From the NCBI GenBank assembly GCA_973895155.1, contig OZ316895.1, forward strand, positions 16,906,170 through 16,970,169: a DNA stretch of 64,000 nt, given 5' to 3'. The notes under the pieces are model-generated. The model was given only the letters and a program-made list of their open reading frames with translations. It had not been told where the DNA came from and searched no databases. Within the stretch, counting starts at the first letter, position 1; each line of letters starts with the position of its first letter. Below are positions 1 to 13,626 of the stretch, one piece after another. Made by a program: the position numbers and the translations under genes. This DNA comes from Marsupella aquatica. Lineage: Eukaryota > Plantae > Marchantiophyta.

Positions 1-381
1 TTCACACTCGCGTTGGTAGAAGAGTGCTTCGAAATCTTGTGTGTAGCAGCAAAGGTCCTTGCGGTGGATCATCTCTAGGTGTAGCCTCATACTGTCTAGG
101 AATGACTTGGCCGTCCTTAGTACTAAAAGTAATTTTAATACCCCATTTGCAGAGGTCGTTTCAAGTTGGAACAACCTTAACAATATAGTGTACATATGTT
201 TCTACAATAAGGTTGCCAACGATACAATCTGAGTGGGCCCTTCAGGGCTCGCATCACTTAATGTGAACTTTGTCAACGAGAAACAATACAATGTACAAAT
301 GTTGTCTGTGCATGCCAACAATGCCAACATCATGGACCATTGGCGGCCTCCAATCACTTCAAGTGAACTTTGTTCAGCCAA

Positions 382-845
382 AAGAAATACACTTTGTTCA
401 GCCAAACGAAATACTGCTCCACAGCATTGCTTTTCGGAGCAATATTTTGTTTAGGAGAACTTAGTCTGATTTTGCTTTTTTGGAGGACAAAGAGCGGACA
501 GGGAATGCAGTCTATTTCCAAGAAGGGCCACCGGGAAGCAAGGCCTTTACCGGGCAAGAAGACCATGTTATTCTTCTTCCCTTCCAATTTCCCACAGTAT
601 AGTGTACATATTCAAAAGAAATACACTTTTTTCAGCCAAACGAAATACTGCCCCACAGGACCACAGCGTTGCATTTTAGAGCATTATTTTGTTTCAGGAA
701 AACTTCCAGTAGTTCGATTTTGCATTTTGGGAGGACAAAGAGAGCACACGAAATGCAGTCAATTTCCGAGAAGGGGCACCGGGAAGAAAGGCCCTTTACC
801 GGGCAAGAAGCCCATGTTTTTCTTGTTCCCTTCCAACTTCCCACC
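382..845. repeat. Two diverged tandem copies of a ~235-250 bp unit
   Basis: AAAGAAATACACTTT..TTCAGCCAAACGAAATACTG...CCTTTACCGGGCAAGAAG..CCCTTCCAA occurs at ~382-600 and ~616-845; this explains the internally repeated 185-aa ORF at 370-927. Confidence 0.8.
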
Positions 846-3800
846 GGCAGGCATCCCGCCATCCACCGGGTCAGTCGTCGACTGTCTTACCGTAAAAAGC
901 GGAAGGAGGCAAAGGGGTACACTGTAAAGCGCCACTGCGCCGGACTGTATGGCGCACACACAATACGAGCCCCTGATTGGCTGCCGCGATTAGATACGAC
1001 AAGAGTCCCGCCGGGTGTATGCTGGACAGTGGACAGCGGGAGGACCACCGTACATCTGAATGCATCTAGATACGCCCTACGGGCACTGTGCCTAGATTCG
1101 GCCCAATGAGAAATGGACACGCATGACTTTAGTCACTGTACTGAATGCTTGAGACATGAATAGCCTATGTTTTAGATGCGAATTTTCGCCAACTTGGACC
1201 CCCCCCCACACAATAAAAAATATTTCCGTGACTTTTGACGAAATTTGCTAGATTGTTTCTCATATAATCCATAATCTAATGGTAGTACATAAATCTAGGA
1301 AGATGGTCACTAAACTTCACAAAAACCAAATAATGTATTCTTAACATTTTCTGGTTCACAAGAGGCTTTGGTGAAAGAGAAAACGTTAAAGATTACCTAC
1401 CCTGGTCTGAGACATCCCTACTAGCATTTTCTTTTTTGCTACTGTAGATCCCAGTTTTTCCCTTTCAGTAGTTTTTTGTCTAGCAACAAACCCCATTAGT
1501 CAGAATATGACTGCTTTCCATCTAGCAACCAACCCCATTTAGTTAGAATTTGACAATATCCTGAAAACTAGGGAGGTCTGATTTGATAAAAATGAATGTA
1601 AGAAATTTAGAAAAAGGATCATTTTAGCATGAGTTTTGGCCACTTTGAACCAAACTTCATTAAGTTTTTGCCTTCCCTTGAGACTTTCCCTCCTAGCCAC
1701 GAACAGCATTAGCCAGATTGTGAAAGTTATCCTTCCAGCTAACGAGATCTAAGGATTATAAATTGATCTAAGAAAGTAGATACAAAAATATTCTTGACAT
1801 GCTCTTCACATGGTCATATCTGCCACCTGGCTAAAAAGAAAACACTTTTATTATTCCTTAGGGTGGCTTTATGGGGCTTGAGGGTCATTGTTTGGTTTGA
1901 TTCCATGCAAGATTAAATCTGGACCCTATAATGAATGGAACAGCTGTAGTTAGCTTTGTACAAACTCAAGGGCCCATTAAGGCATAGTAGACTAGGTACA
2001 CTTTATAAGAACTCCAGGGCCCATTCAGCCATGCTGTCTACCAATCATGCATGACAAGTATGAGCCCAAGTAACTGTTGATGTGGAGTGTTTATTTCCAA
2101 TAGAATTTCCAAACTTTTTAAAACTTGGCTCTTGAGTTGCAGTTGTTGGGAGCAAATGACACTGGCTCCCAATCGTATTAATACTACTATGCTTTCATGG
2201 TACTTTTTCCTCTTGTTTGGGGCATCCCGGTTTCTCATATTTTCAAGGGAGGTAAGGTGAAGGCAACATCCTAATTTTGAGCTTAGTACCGCATGTCAAA
2301 CCTGGGCCCATCTGGCCACAATGGGTCAGAGCCACCACTGGATTTTAAAACCAAGTTCTGCAAAACACCCACCAAGAAAGATATATGTCCAGTGGTCCAT
2401 CAGCAGCTTGCAAATGTGCAATACTGAACTTTTGACAGCAAATAGCTCAAATGAAATATGGTTGAGTACAAGCTTTGTAGTGAGCCAAGAATCACTAGAT
2501 TTTGACCAAAGACAATAGGGTGTGCCAAAACAACACCATAAATGAATGAGATACGGCCAAGCCTTTGAAACTGATTTATAGTCAGGACTTAAGGAGTTAT
2601 GCGCTACCTAAATACAAACCCCATAAGAATCTTATGTCTAAAAGCCCAAAAGACTTTGCTCATGGAGATAGTTTGACATGTCCTAATGAAAGTATAATCC
2701 CGCAAAGCTTGGCATGCATGCTTGGTACTCATTGTTCACTTCACTTGATACATTCAATTTCAAAGTTCAAAATTCCAAACAGAAAAGCATTGAGACCCTT
2801 GCCAGAGCTCTTTTTCTATGCCCATCATTTTTGCCTCAAAAGCATGTTTGACTTGCAAAGGGAAAGGGTTGAGAGACGTTACGTTAATGAGTCTGAAATA
2901 ATAATAAAAATGCCTTTCCATCATGCCCCAACTGGGATGATTCTTCAGCCCCTCTTCTTGGTATTGATAAGCTAGGCACCTTTCCCCCAAACAAATGAAC
3001 TGAGATGAGGCCCATGGGCAAGGAAATGGGAGATACAGCTTTTAAGTACATTGCCACTAAAGATGTTTGAATTTACAATACTGCCACTATTTTTTTGTGT
3101 TTACAAAAATGCCACAGTAACCGTATATAGCTCTCATGGTTACCATGATGAACTTGTCATCCATAATCATACAAAACCGTGGGATTTTTATAAATACAAT
3201 AAAAATAATATCAGTATTGTCAATTAGAATATCTTTAGTGGCAAAATACTTAAAAGCTGATGGGAGATAACATGAGGTGGACAAGTGGGACCACCTATTT
3301 TAGCATTGTATTATGTGCATCAAGTCCTACTAGAAGGGTGAGGGGAGCAACCCGGGGAGCAAGGGATGGTTTAAGAAAGTCTCTTGCTTTCTGGGCATCA
3401 CCAAGTAAGTTATTCAACCAAATTGGTACAGTTGGTGATCTCTAGAATCCCTTGCTTCCCTCATGCAAATGAATAAGACCATATAAATATAGTGCTCCTT
3501 CTACAATTTTGGGAGAAAAATGTGCATTTTTATGATCTTAAATATTGTCATTTTTCATATGTATATTTTCACTTAGCAAAAACTCCCACATGGGAGGCCA
3601 GAGAAAACAATAGGGTCATGCACAAAACATAACTCAGCAGCAAGCACAAAGGGGCCCTAAGGGTCAAACCTTGATTAGAACTGCAAATTTACTTGATCAA
3701 TAGCCCAAATACAGGTGACTCGTAAGCATAGTATAAATATCAATCTTTGCTCTTAATCAGAGAAATTCTACCATTGATATGGCTTCACTCCACACAATAG

Positions 3801-5951
3801 TTCACTAAAAGCATTCAAATTATAAAATAGATATACATAAATTCTTGTAGATTGCATAGGTAAGGGTAAAGCTATGACCTACTGTGACACCCTATCATGT
3901 CACATACACGAGAAATTCGTCTCATGTGCCACCAGCCAAAATGCCTTGGTGGAGCCCAATTAGGGAACCACTACCCTACCTATTGCAGTACTGTCACACT
4001 GTCTATGCGTTACAGTCATGCTTGCACATCTGTCTTCCATTCTGTTCCGTTACACATGAAATCAGCGACGGATTACTTTCCGGCAAACCCCCCTGCTCCC
4101 GTATTACGGCTGACGCAAACCCCAAATACGGCAATGCGACGGCCGCCAGCCCCAACCCGGACCGGGCCGGGCGAGCCTGGGTAGCGAGGGCGGATCGGTG
4201 CCGATGGGCCCCACCGTGCCGGGTATTGTGTAACTGCAACTGTGGCTGGCACACGCCCTATCTTCAAAAGCCGGGACATTGGTAGCCGTTAGATTGAATC
4301 GGACGGTCGTGGCTTGATATGGGAGGCCCCCCACGTCACCATCTCTCGTGGCGACCACACGCCCGAAACTCTTCCCTGAGCCACTTTTCTGCTCGCGTCG
4401 TCCTCTGCCCCTCTCGTCCGGAATTTGCTCGCGTTTCTCTTCTTCTCACGGCAGACGGCTCTTCCTTCCCCCCCTCAGTACATAGCCTCCATTGCTCTGG
4501 GCTCTGATAGAATTGATACCAGGCGATGGTGGCCAGGGGAGCAGCGACTCACATAACTCTGTAGCGCTCCGCGAAGGGAAGATTGAAGCCTCTGTCTCAC
4601 GCATTTCGGTGGGATTGGTTTCACAGAAGAATGATTCGTTTGTCAACGAGAGAACTGTCGATCTGATCGAGGAGAGGAGAGGAGAGGAAAGGAGAGGAGA
4701 GGAGGCAGGAGAGGAAGTTTCATCGATTCATTGTTTCGATCGACTGACGAAGGCGAGCCAGGTCTGGAGAGAGGAAGTTGATGCACTATTGTGGCTGACT
4801 TGAGAGGATCAGAGAGATAGGGAACGTCATTTTCGTCGTGTTGGTGCTCGTTCTGCTGGGGGCTCTGAAGGTGGTGCTGATCGGTGTTGTTCTGGACCTG
4901 TTCCTGGATTGGCAGAACGAGTGATCATTGAGGAATACCTTTGTTCGCGTTGCCATTTCGTTTAGTTGTTCTTTGCCGAGGCAGTCCGCTGTTCAGAGTG
5001 GGGAATTTCTTTTTTTGGCCTCGGAAAACTGCACTGAGTGGTGACTTTCTGGATTGTACTTGTGCCAACGCCATCATCTTTTGAGCCTTTTAGATTCCAA
5101 GACTGCTTACTTCGCCGTAGAACCATTCTCCGTGGAAAGGTCGTTATTTTTGTAACTAACTCAGACGACCACCTGAGTTTTTCCCACTTTTTGTATTCAT
5201 CCTGAATTTTCAAAACCCTCTGGCCTAATACTAGTCTAGGAATCCTTCCCCGAAACCGCAATTTGGAAGAGAAGAGAATGAGTGCTGCTTTTGATTCTTC
5301 GTCAGCTGCTTGTTTAATCCATGTCAAGAAGCTGTAGATTGATCAATCTAAAGCTTACTTAGAGAGGGTTTGGTGTGCTATTCCCTGCTCCGATCATACG
5401 GCAAGTTTGTCGATCCATTCAATAACCTTTGAATCCTTCTCCTTTATCATCGTACCCTTTCGCTTCCTCTGCATGGTTGATGGTGTCCGTCTATCACATT
5501 GAGTTTTACCCGCTAGGCTCGGATACCGTGAGAAACCAGTGAAGATTTGAACCCGGTCTTGACCCTCTCCTTTCCAGATTTTTCAGAGTCAGCCTTTCTC
5601 GTATCCGAACTCTCCAATTTCTAGAGCGATTCCCATGCTTGCAGCCTTTCTTCGTTCCTCCTTTCCACAAGCAAAATCTTCGGAAGTCTACGCCAAACCT
5701 GACTGGCGTGACCCTGTCGAACTGCTTCTATCTCCGGCTACACAGCATGTCAATATGCTTTCTTTATCTTCTTGTCTAAGTTTCTACTTTTCGATATCTT
5801 TCTCGCTGGAGGGTGATATATAGCTGCGAAGATCGGCAACCAAAGTGCGGAACACCTGCCTTGAGTTTGCCTGCCATTGTCAATCGATTCTGAGTGGGTG
5901 CGTCATTCTCGTAATATCCAGCCATACATACCGCAGTGAAATCGAGCCAGA

Positions 5952-8167
5952 ATGGACGCGATGGTGGATGCAGCACCCGATTCGCCACTCCCGAGCAACC
6001 CACCAGCAGCTCGAGCAATCACTAGCAAATTATTACAGGAGACGCTCGATCCGGCGCCTCCACCTCCTTCAACAGCTGTTGTTCCAGGAGAGCGAGAAGA
6101 ACACGGTGTGTTGCCGACCCGTGGTGCCGACATCAACGACGACAAAGCAAGAACGGTGTCCGCCTCCAATAACAGCGTTGAAGATCATTACCAGAGCGCT
6201 CCATTTGCCAAATCGTTCGGGAGAGTAGCAGCTGGAGCAGATGTGGAGGCCCAGCTCCAGAATCAGGACCGCGGCGACGGTGATTTTGTGGGGGGCGCAG
6301 CCGAAGCCGGGGGCCCGGAGCCATGGTCTCAGGGCCCGATCATGGACGACAAAGCTCAGGGGCATTGGCACTACAGCCACAGATCTCCTTGGCTGAGAGC
6401 GCTAGTTTTGGGGGCGAACGATGGGCTCGTGAGCATATCATCGCTTATGCTGGGCGTGGGGGCGGTCAAGAGCGATGTCAAGAGCATGACTGTGTCCGGG
6501 CTGGCAGGCCTGATAGCTGGAGCTGGCAGCATGGCCATAGGCGAGTTCGTGTCCGTCTTCTCACAACGCGACACTGAACTGGTATGTACAATTCTGAACG
6601 ATCCTTGGGTGGAACTGTCATCGATTCTCATTCCACTCTCTCCCTGATGCTAAATCTTGCGGTAGAACCAACAAAATTGAAATTATGTGGGCGTGCATGC
6701 AACACCAATTTGGTCCTCAGTGGTCCTTTAGCTCTCGACTGATCTTAGGTTTCAGTCCTTCGTTGTATAACAATGGCTAATGCCATGATTAAATAGGATG
6801 CATCGACTATTGCTTAGAACGTGTTCAGAATCTTTGACACTGTCATTTTGTGACAGGCTGACATCGAGAAGGAGAGGCAAGAGCATGCAAAGGGCCCCGA
6901 AGCTCAGGCGCAAGAACTTGAGGAGCTGACACAAATTTACGTAGCTCGTGGCCTGAATTACTACCTAGCCAAGCAGGTACTGAATGTTCGATGATCCCAA
7001 CAGTTTTCCTTCACTCTTCTAAAGTTACGGAGTGAAATAATAATTCAGGACATTCCTTGCTGATTCAGCAACTGCACAATCATGATCTCCGTTTTATACG
7101 CCCTGACGAAAGCTGTGTATGTGCATGACTTATTTCAGGTAGCGGAGGAGCTCTCCAAAGTAGACGTCTTGAAAGCCCACGTTCGTGACGAATTAGGAAT
7201 CGATGTTGACGCTCTCTCCAATCCTTTGCAGGTGACACACTTTATATCTCCTATCCTCTCATGTAGCTCGATCACTTTGTTGAGTTAACGAGTGACATTC
7301 GATCTCCAGTAGGTTCCATCATGATGTCTCACGACCCTACTCACTAGAGGCAAGGAACAATCAGTCGAGACTTTAGCTGAGAGACATAATTGAAATGTGA
7401 AAGAATAATACGATCATGCCGTAGTGATCAATCTAAACCTTGGAATATCACCAGCAACAGACAGAAAGAGACCATGCCCACTGTTGGGTATTCCTGTCTT
7501 TTTCTTATTCTTATAATACTTTTATTTCCAAGGGAAGAAAAAAAATATAGTCGCACGCTTCGTTTTATAATCAATTTCATTTCATATTCATTCTATTCGG
7601 ATTATAATGTCCTCAGCTTCTTACTATTGATTTTGAATGTGCTTGTTCCTAAGATAGTTGCAGATTTTTAATTAGGATTACTGAAAACTAAAGGTGGCTT
7701 GTAAACTCTCTTTGCAGGCTGCTATAGCGTCAGCAATGGCTTTTTCACTTGGAGGGGGCGTACCTCTTCTTGCAGGTCAGTTTCACATTTCAACTCCAGA
7801 TCACTCTGATGAAATTACTCTAGTATATTGTCAAAATAAATAGTCATGTATTTACATGTTGAAAATGGAAATATGAATGTGACAAACTGGGACTGCAAAT
7901 GAAAAATTATTGATGCTTATGAAATTTTAACTAATATGTGGATTCTTTGGTTTTCCAGGTTCGTTTCTACAAAGTTATAGAACACGAATTATAGTTGTGG
8001 CAGCTATTTCATCCTTAACTTTGGCAACATTTGGTGCCGTGGGAGCACGGTTAGGGGGAGCACCAATGACAAAGGCTGCACTGAGAGTACTGTTTGGAGG
8101 ATGGCTAGCTATGGGCCTTACTTATGGAATCCTAAGATTATTGAGTAGCTGGCTGGAAAAATCCTAG
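5952..8167 (+). CDS. VIT1/CCC1 family vacuolar iron/manganese transporter (VTL/nodulin-21-like); 5 coding exons 5952-6581, 6857-6976, 7139-7231, 7718-7775, 7959-8167
   Basis: Motifs WLRALVLGANDGLVSISSLMLGV, GLAGLIAGAGSMAIGEFVSVFSQRD, ELGID..LSNPLQAAIASAMAFSLGGGVPLL, RVLFGGWLAMGLTYG. All introns GT-AG and in frame; stop TAG at 8165-8167. Start could be 5952 or 5961. Confidence 0.93.
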
Positions 8168-8814
8168 TAGCTGAAGTTGTAACCTCAACTTAGTTAGGAG
8201 CCCCCAAAAGCCAACATGTAAACACATGTGTATGGAGTTGAAAATTTGTAACTTCACCTTAGTTAGAAGCCCCCAAAAGGCAACATGTTTTGATACATGT
8301 ATGTAAAGTAATTAATGTATAAAATGAGTGTAGATAACTAAGGATCTTTTTACACATGTTCTCAGATGGCCATACGCCGTTTGGTTATCTTGTGTTATTA
8401 GAATTATTTGTTACATATTTTTAGGTCAATGTGGTCTAGTGTATGCTTTATTTGCATTACTTATTATGGATTCCCAAGACAAGCTCTTTTCAAAATCCCT
8501 AGAAGCACCTCCATCCACATTAGAATATTTGTCACAAACAAGAATATGCAAGAAGTACCCATGAATAACTATGGACATCCACATTAGAACATTTGTCGCA
8601 AACAAGAATATGCATGAAATACACATTAAATATTATGGACGGAAAAGTATAGAATATTTGTCAACAAGAATATGCAAGAAGTACCCATTAAATACTATGG
8701 ACACAAAAGTAACAAATGAATGAAGAAACCTTTCAAGTACAGCGGACAGAAATATCAACGGAAAGCAAGAACCCTATGGCTAAGTATTTATTGTATAGAA
8801 TATTACATAAGACT

Positions 8815-9190
8815 CGTTCGACATAGAGGTACCATAGGATCATTTTGCATGGATTATCCACATGAATAATCTTACTACTCTTTCTCTTCATTAAATGTAT
8901 AGACATGGAGGTACCATAGGAACCATTGCATGGATTATTCCCATGAATAATCTGAACATTTTGCATGGACTATTCACATGAAGAATCTACTCTTTCTCTT
9001 CATTGAATGTATAGACATGGAGGTACCATAGGAACCAATGCATGGATTATTCCCATGAATAATCTGAACATTTTGCATGGACTATTCACATGAATAATCT
9101 ACTCTTTCTCTTCATTGAATGTATACTTAGACATGGAGGTACCATAGGAACCAATGCATGGATTATTCCCATGAATAATCTACTCTTTCT
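8815..9190. repeat. Tandem repeat, ~3 copies of a ~120-bp unit
   Basis: Repeated GACATGGAGGTACCATAGGAACCA.TGCATGGATTATTCCCATGAATAATCT...CTACTCTTTCTCTTCATTGAATGTA; the unit resumes at 9522 after an insertion. Confidence 0.85.
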
Positions 9191-9521
9191 TTTTGTCTTG
9201 AACGGAAATGGGGAGGAAATACAATTACACTCCCCCCACCCCAATGTGACACTTTTTCTGTAGGGAACCCAGACCAGGGTGAGCCCCAACGGATCCTAGA
9301 GGGACCCGCACCAGGAAGGAGAGAGGATTACATCAGGGCCACAAAGTGGGCAAGCAGGGGCCGAGCAGATAATCAGAACTCTAATCCACCACCCACAAAA
9401 CCCATCACACCTACACACATATACCCTCCACACATAAACCCAGTGTGTGGAGGGGGGATTGAACCTGGGACCTCTCAGTTCCAGGCAATTTTTCTAGCCA
9501 ATTGACCTAAGCCAATTGGTT
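9191..9521 (-). mobile_element. tRNA-derived SINE-like insertion
   Basis: Minus-strand 5' head has a degenerate A box (TGGCTTAGGTCAATTGG) and a B box (GGTTCAATCCC); short A-rich 3' end; flanked by a 15-bp TSD TAATC(T/C)ACTCTTTCT at 9176-9190 and 9522-9536. Confidence 0.7.
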
Positions 9522-10259
9522 TAATCCACTCTTTCTCTTCATTGAACGTTTCCAAAGAACCTCAAAAACTATTTCATTCAGAATCCTCCATTTTAACTTT
9601 GTCCTCGGAATTGTGTAGTAGAAGGGGCTAGCTATCTGAAATTACACATGATAGTAATGTGCTCTTGGCCAGTGTCTCTTGCCTTACTGTTTCACTACTG
9701 AATGCTGGATAATTGTTTGGAACCCTAAACCCTAAAGCTGAACATATGCTTTAAGTGCCATACTCCCTTTTGGGCCAAAATACAATTATTAAAATTGTTT
9801 GAATTCAGATGATGGCTGTCAGCTGAATACCCTGTGACATCCAGGTTTGCTTAAAAACTAAATACTAATGATTAAAACTCCCCACTTACATTCCTGTTGG
9901 CACAATAAACAATTAATTATTAGACTTTTGGAACTGATTGGACACTTTCAAGTGCTTTAAAAATATTCTAAACATCTTGATGACTTTTGTGAATGCCATG
10001 TTTTTATAATTAACAATAAAATAATGTTCTTACATATTAAGTTTATTTATTTTGTGCAGGTCCTATACCAACAAGGATGGCATACCACAGAGGAAGGTCA
10101 CAAAGTGGAATTTGAGGAAACAGAATGTAAAGTACATAGGTCGGAGGATCACAAAGAAGGATTAGAGTAAAAGCGCACCTTCCCCTTAAGAGCTAGACAG
10201 TGAAGTACTGGTCCCCTACTTGCAACTTTCATTATGCAGAGTACACTTTCAATTGTAGT

Positions 10260-10680
10260 ATGTGTTCAGCAAAGATGTGACTCTGTGTAGAGGTTAACTC
10301 AGTCTTGGGTTGAACTATGGTTAGGATGTTAACTAGGGTTAGAGTAAACCCTAGTTGAAGAGATTGATCCTTATCTCTTCAACTTGTATGTGGTATGAGA
10401 ACACATACAAGAGAGTTCTCAAGAGAGAACATAGGGATATAGCAAGAGATGAGAGCTTGAAGAGATGAGAGCTATGGTGATGCTTGAGTACACACATAAC
10501 CGCTAATAAAGCTTGGTCTTCCAGTGGACGTAGCCAACCTTGAGGCGAACCACGTAACTATTGAGCACGTGCATGTTTGGAGTGTTTTTCCTGATCTGAT
10601 TTCTCCCCACACTCTGCAACAACATGCACATGTGATATCCAAAGAACAAGTAGTCACCATCCATGATTGTGGAACACACA
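10260..10680 (+). mobile_element. LTR-like remnant (boundaries uncertain)
   Basis: AATAAA followed by CCAGTGGACGTAGCC..GAACCACGTAA, a motif commonly seen in plant LTRs; no TSD confirmed. Confidence 0.4.
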
Positions 10681-12843
10681 AAAGCCTTACTTCACTTTAG
10701 GCGTGTTAGCTATACCAAGTGTCTGCATCACAAGCACTGACTCCCCATCTCTCAAGTGGCTCTATAACTATGAACTTGAGTTCCTCTTCCACAAACAAAC
10801 ACTCTTTGGATATATAGTGTGCAGCACGGCTAACCTAACCAAGTTTGCGATTACAGTTAGTTTAACTAAATTTACAGTTGAATGTACATCTAAACCTAAG
10901 CAAAAATGTGTAACACTATGAAGGGAGAGCACAATGCAATCAGGTCCACCTTTCCTGTTTAGTTCCATTGCAAGAATTAACTAAGTGAACAGTGGTTAGG
11001 CGGGGAAGGGGCCGCTTTTATATGGGTGGGTGTGGGTAAACAGCATATTAACCACATTGGGGGGTTTTCACTTGCTTATCAAACGATTAAGATGACAACT
11101 ACATGATTTTCTCTACTAAATCGTTTGTATCGTGTACGGGGTACGACGAAGGGACGCTATTTGGATTATTCTCACACCAAGAATGAGTAGTTTAGTTTCC
11201 GCTCTCGGAAATGTTTTGATCAAGTCTACCAACTACTCCACCCCACAGCTTTTGATCAAGTCCTGCCAACTACTCTCTTCCCATTTCCACTCACGGTCAT
11301 CCAAAGAGTGTTGTCACCACCCCTACTCACAAGGCCGACCCAACCATGCAAGTTTCTTCAAATCATACAAGGGAGAACACAACTACGGAAAAGGAAGAGG
11401 GAGAGGAATCACACAAAAGAAATCCATCAAGTAAAATGTCCAGATTCATATCTCTTGGTGAAAGTGATACACATTGCATGAGTAACCCGGCCTCCTGCCG
11501 TTGCCCAACTCTTGCCTCACCGGACAATGAGTATGGCTTCCACCTCACTACTCTGAACACACTCTCAAGCTCCTAATGCTATCCGCTATCCTTCCCTTCT
11601 AACTTCAAAGTGAATTCCCCCTACACTACTCCGGGGCTCTCCCCCTAAATACCACTGAACCCCAAACACCCAAGCACCCAACAGCACTTGGATGCCGCCA
11701 CTTTCTCCTAGCGGCGCCGCCTAAAATCCTATCACCAACAGGTAAATGTCAACTAAACCCTAGTGGTATGCGGCACACACATATCCCTAAACCCTACCTA
11801 ACCAAGGGGCCGACGGTGTCTTCGACGGTGCGCCACAAAATCACTCCGTAAACCGCGAAAATACAAGGTACCCCACAATTGCCAAAACTTGGTGCCACTC
11901 TGATTGCACCTCTGAGCACATCCCTAGGTAGCCCTGTTCCTCCTGATCATGAATCCCCAAACCGCTCCCAAAATAGATATTGGACGACCAACTTATGACT
12001 GTTTTAGTATCCCGTACTGACCAACTTTGCGGGGCTCTAACTTTCTCATCCTGGCTCCGTTTGAGGAGCGCCGCCTCTTGTTGGAATCCGCTCTGCGAGC
12101 TCTTTCTAACGAGCCTGTGAGTGCCCACTTTCGAAAATTTTCAAAATCAAGAGGTCATACGACCAAGTCCGTACGACCACCCTAGTCCTCCTCCTCATGA
12201 CTCACGGTACCATGGCTTGAGCCCCGAGAGTTGGCCTCCTCATCACTCTCATCTGGAGTGAATACCACTCCGCTAAACAAGGACTCACTTGAGTCCACCA
12301 CCTCCTATCCTATCTATCTACCTTGCCTACCAGCCTCAATCCTCCTGATCGTCACCACTGGTCCGTGAAGAGAGCCCCTATAATTGTCAAAACTAAAATT
12401 TTCTTAGAATTCACTTCTGAAAACATATCTGAGGAACCCTCCTCTTCCTCATCACGGCTTGGTAAACGGTGCACAAAACGGAGGTCAAACGGCCAAGATA
12501 TGATCGTTTAAGTTTTTATGGGGCACCGTCTCCCTCCGTTTCGTCCGTACAACACCAGGGGGCCCCGGCTTTGCAAAACATGGATCACGGTTCCTCATAT
12601 GTGCTGCTACCTCCTCCTTCCCTTGCAAAACCGGGATCTCCTGTAGTACGGACGTCCGTACGGCCTCAAAAACCCCAGTATTCTCAAAAAACGTGATCTG
12701 TTGTATCTCCCCCGTCTTAGCTCCGTTTTGGCTGTGTAACACATCGTTGGATTTATCTCGGCGAGCTCTTTCCAACAAGCCCATAGAATCCTGATTTTGA
12801 GATGGCCAAAAAACTAATGTTCGTACAACCAAGGTCTGTACAC

Positions 12844-13451
12844 TATCGTGCGCATACACATCGCTACACAACATACATCGCTTGTCACACATATCCAAGC
12901 ATAGTCACAATCTAACGACACAAACCTAAGAGAATGATCTACAAATAGAACCCATGTCCATACATGCCCAAAACCCACAATAATCTTCTTCAATAGTGCA
13001 AATCAAACAACGATCGATGCTAATCCAACAACGATCCCATCTGAGGCGATCACACATGTATGACAAGCCCAACGCACCTTGTGCTTCAAGGAATCCATGT
13101 TACATGCACACAACCTGGTCAGCCACACCATAGCCACCAAGCCATGCTCAAAGGCTCAACATTGAAAGATGAGGCCTTTGAGCCAACACAAGGGGATCGA
13201 TAACTATCCCTCACACCAACTCAAACTAAACATAGTGCTCATGTAGCACACATACAAAACCTCTATACCTAGATAGTATGATATACTTTACTACCACTCT
13301 AAATGGTGTGACGGCTGTCGTGCGCATACACATCGCTACACAACATACATCGCTTGTCACACATATCCAAGCATAGTCACAATCTAACGACACAAACCTA
13401 AGAGAATGATCTACAAATGGAACCCATGTCCATACATGCCCAAAACCCACA
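12844..13451 (-). repeat. 3' terminal repeat block A-B-A (A = 136 bp, B = ~333 bp)
   Basis: The two A copies (12844-12979, 13316-13451) differ at 2 positions; B (12981-13313) differs from 22994-23329 by ~10 substitutions and 1 indel (hand count). Confidence 0.92.
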
Positions 13452-13462
13452 ATCGCCCCCCT
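13452..13462 (-). other. Polypurine tract
   Basis: Minus strand reads AGGGGGGCGA-T immediately before the TGTGGG start of the inner A repeat. Confidence 0.75.
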
Positions 13463-13626
13463 AGCTGGAAGTGAGGTCCCCTAACTCTAGCTAGCCATGA
13501 GTTCTACAAGGTTGATATACACCTTTTTAGGTGTGAAGATCAGGAGGCCGGGTGCAAGTGAGCCCCATCGATCACCTACCTGCAATCTATATCTTCCATG
13601 AGAACACAAATGATAACTAGTCGGCA

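Noticed and set aside
370-1109. 185-aa and 146-aa ORFs as genes
   Set aside because: They derive from a tandem duplication and show no recognisable domain.
2000-3450. Possible decayed transposase
   Set aside because: Only short ORFs, and no catalytic or dimerisation motif could be recognised by eye.
9440-9521. Functional tRNA gene
   Set aside because: The A box is degenerate, no convincing cloverleaf or acceptor stem was found, and it is attached to a body with a TSD; better explained as a SINE head.
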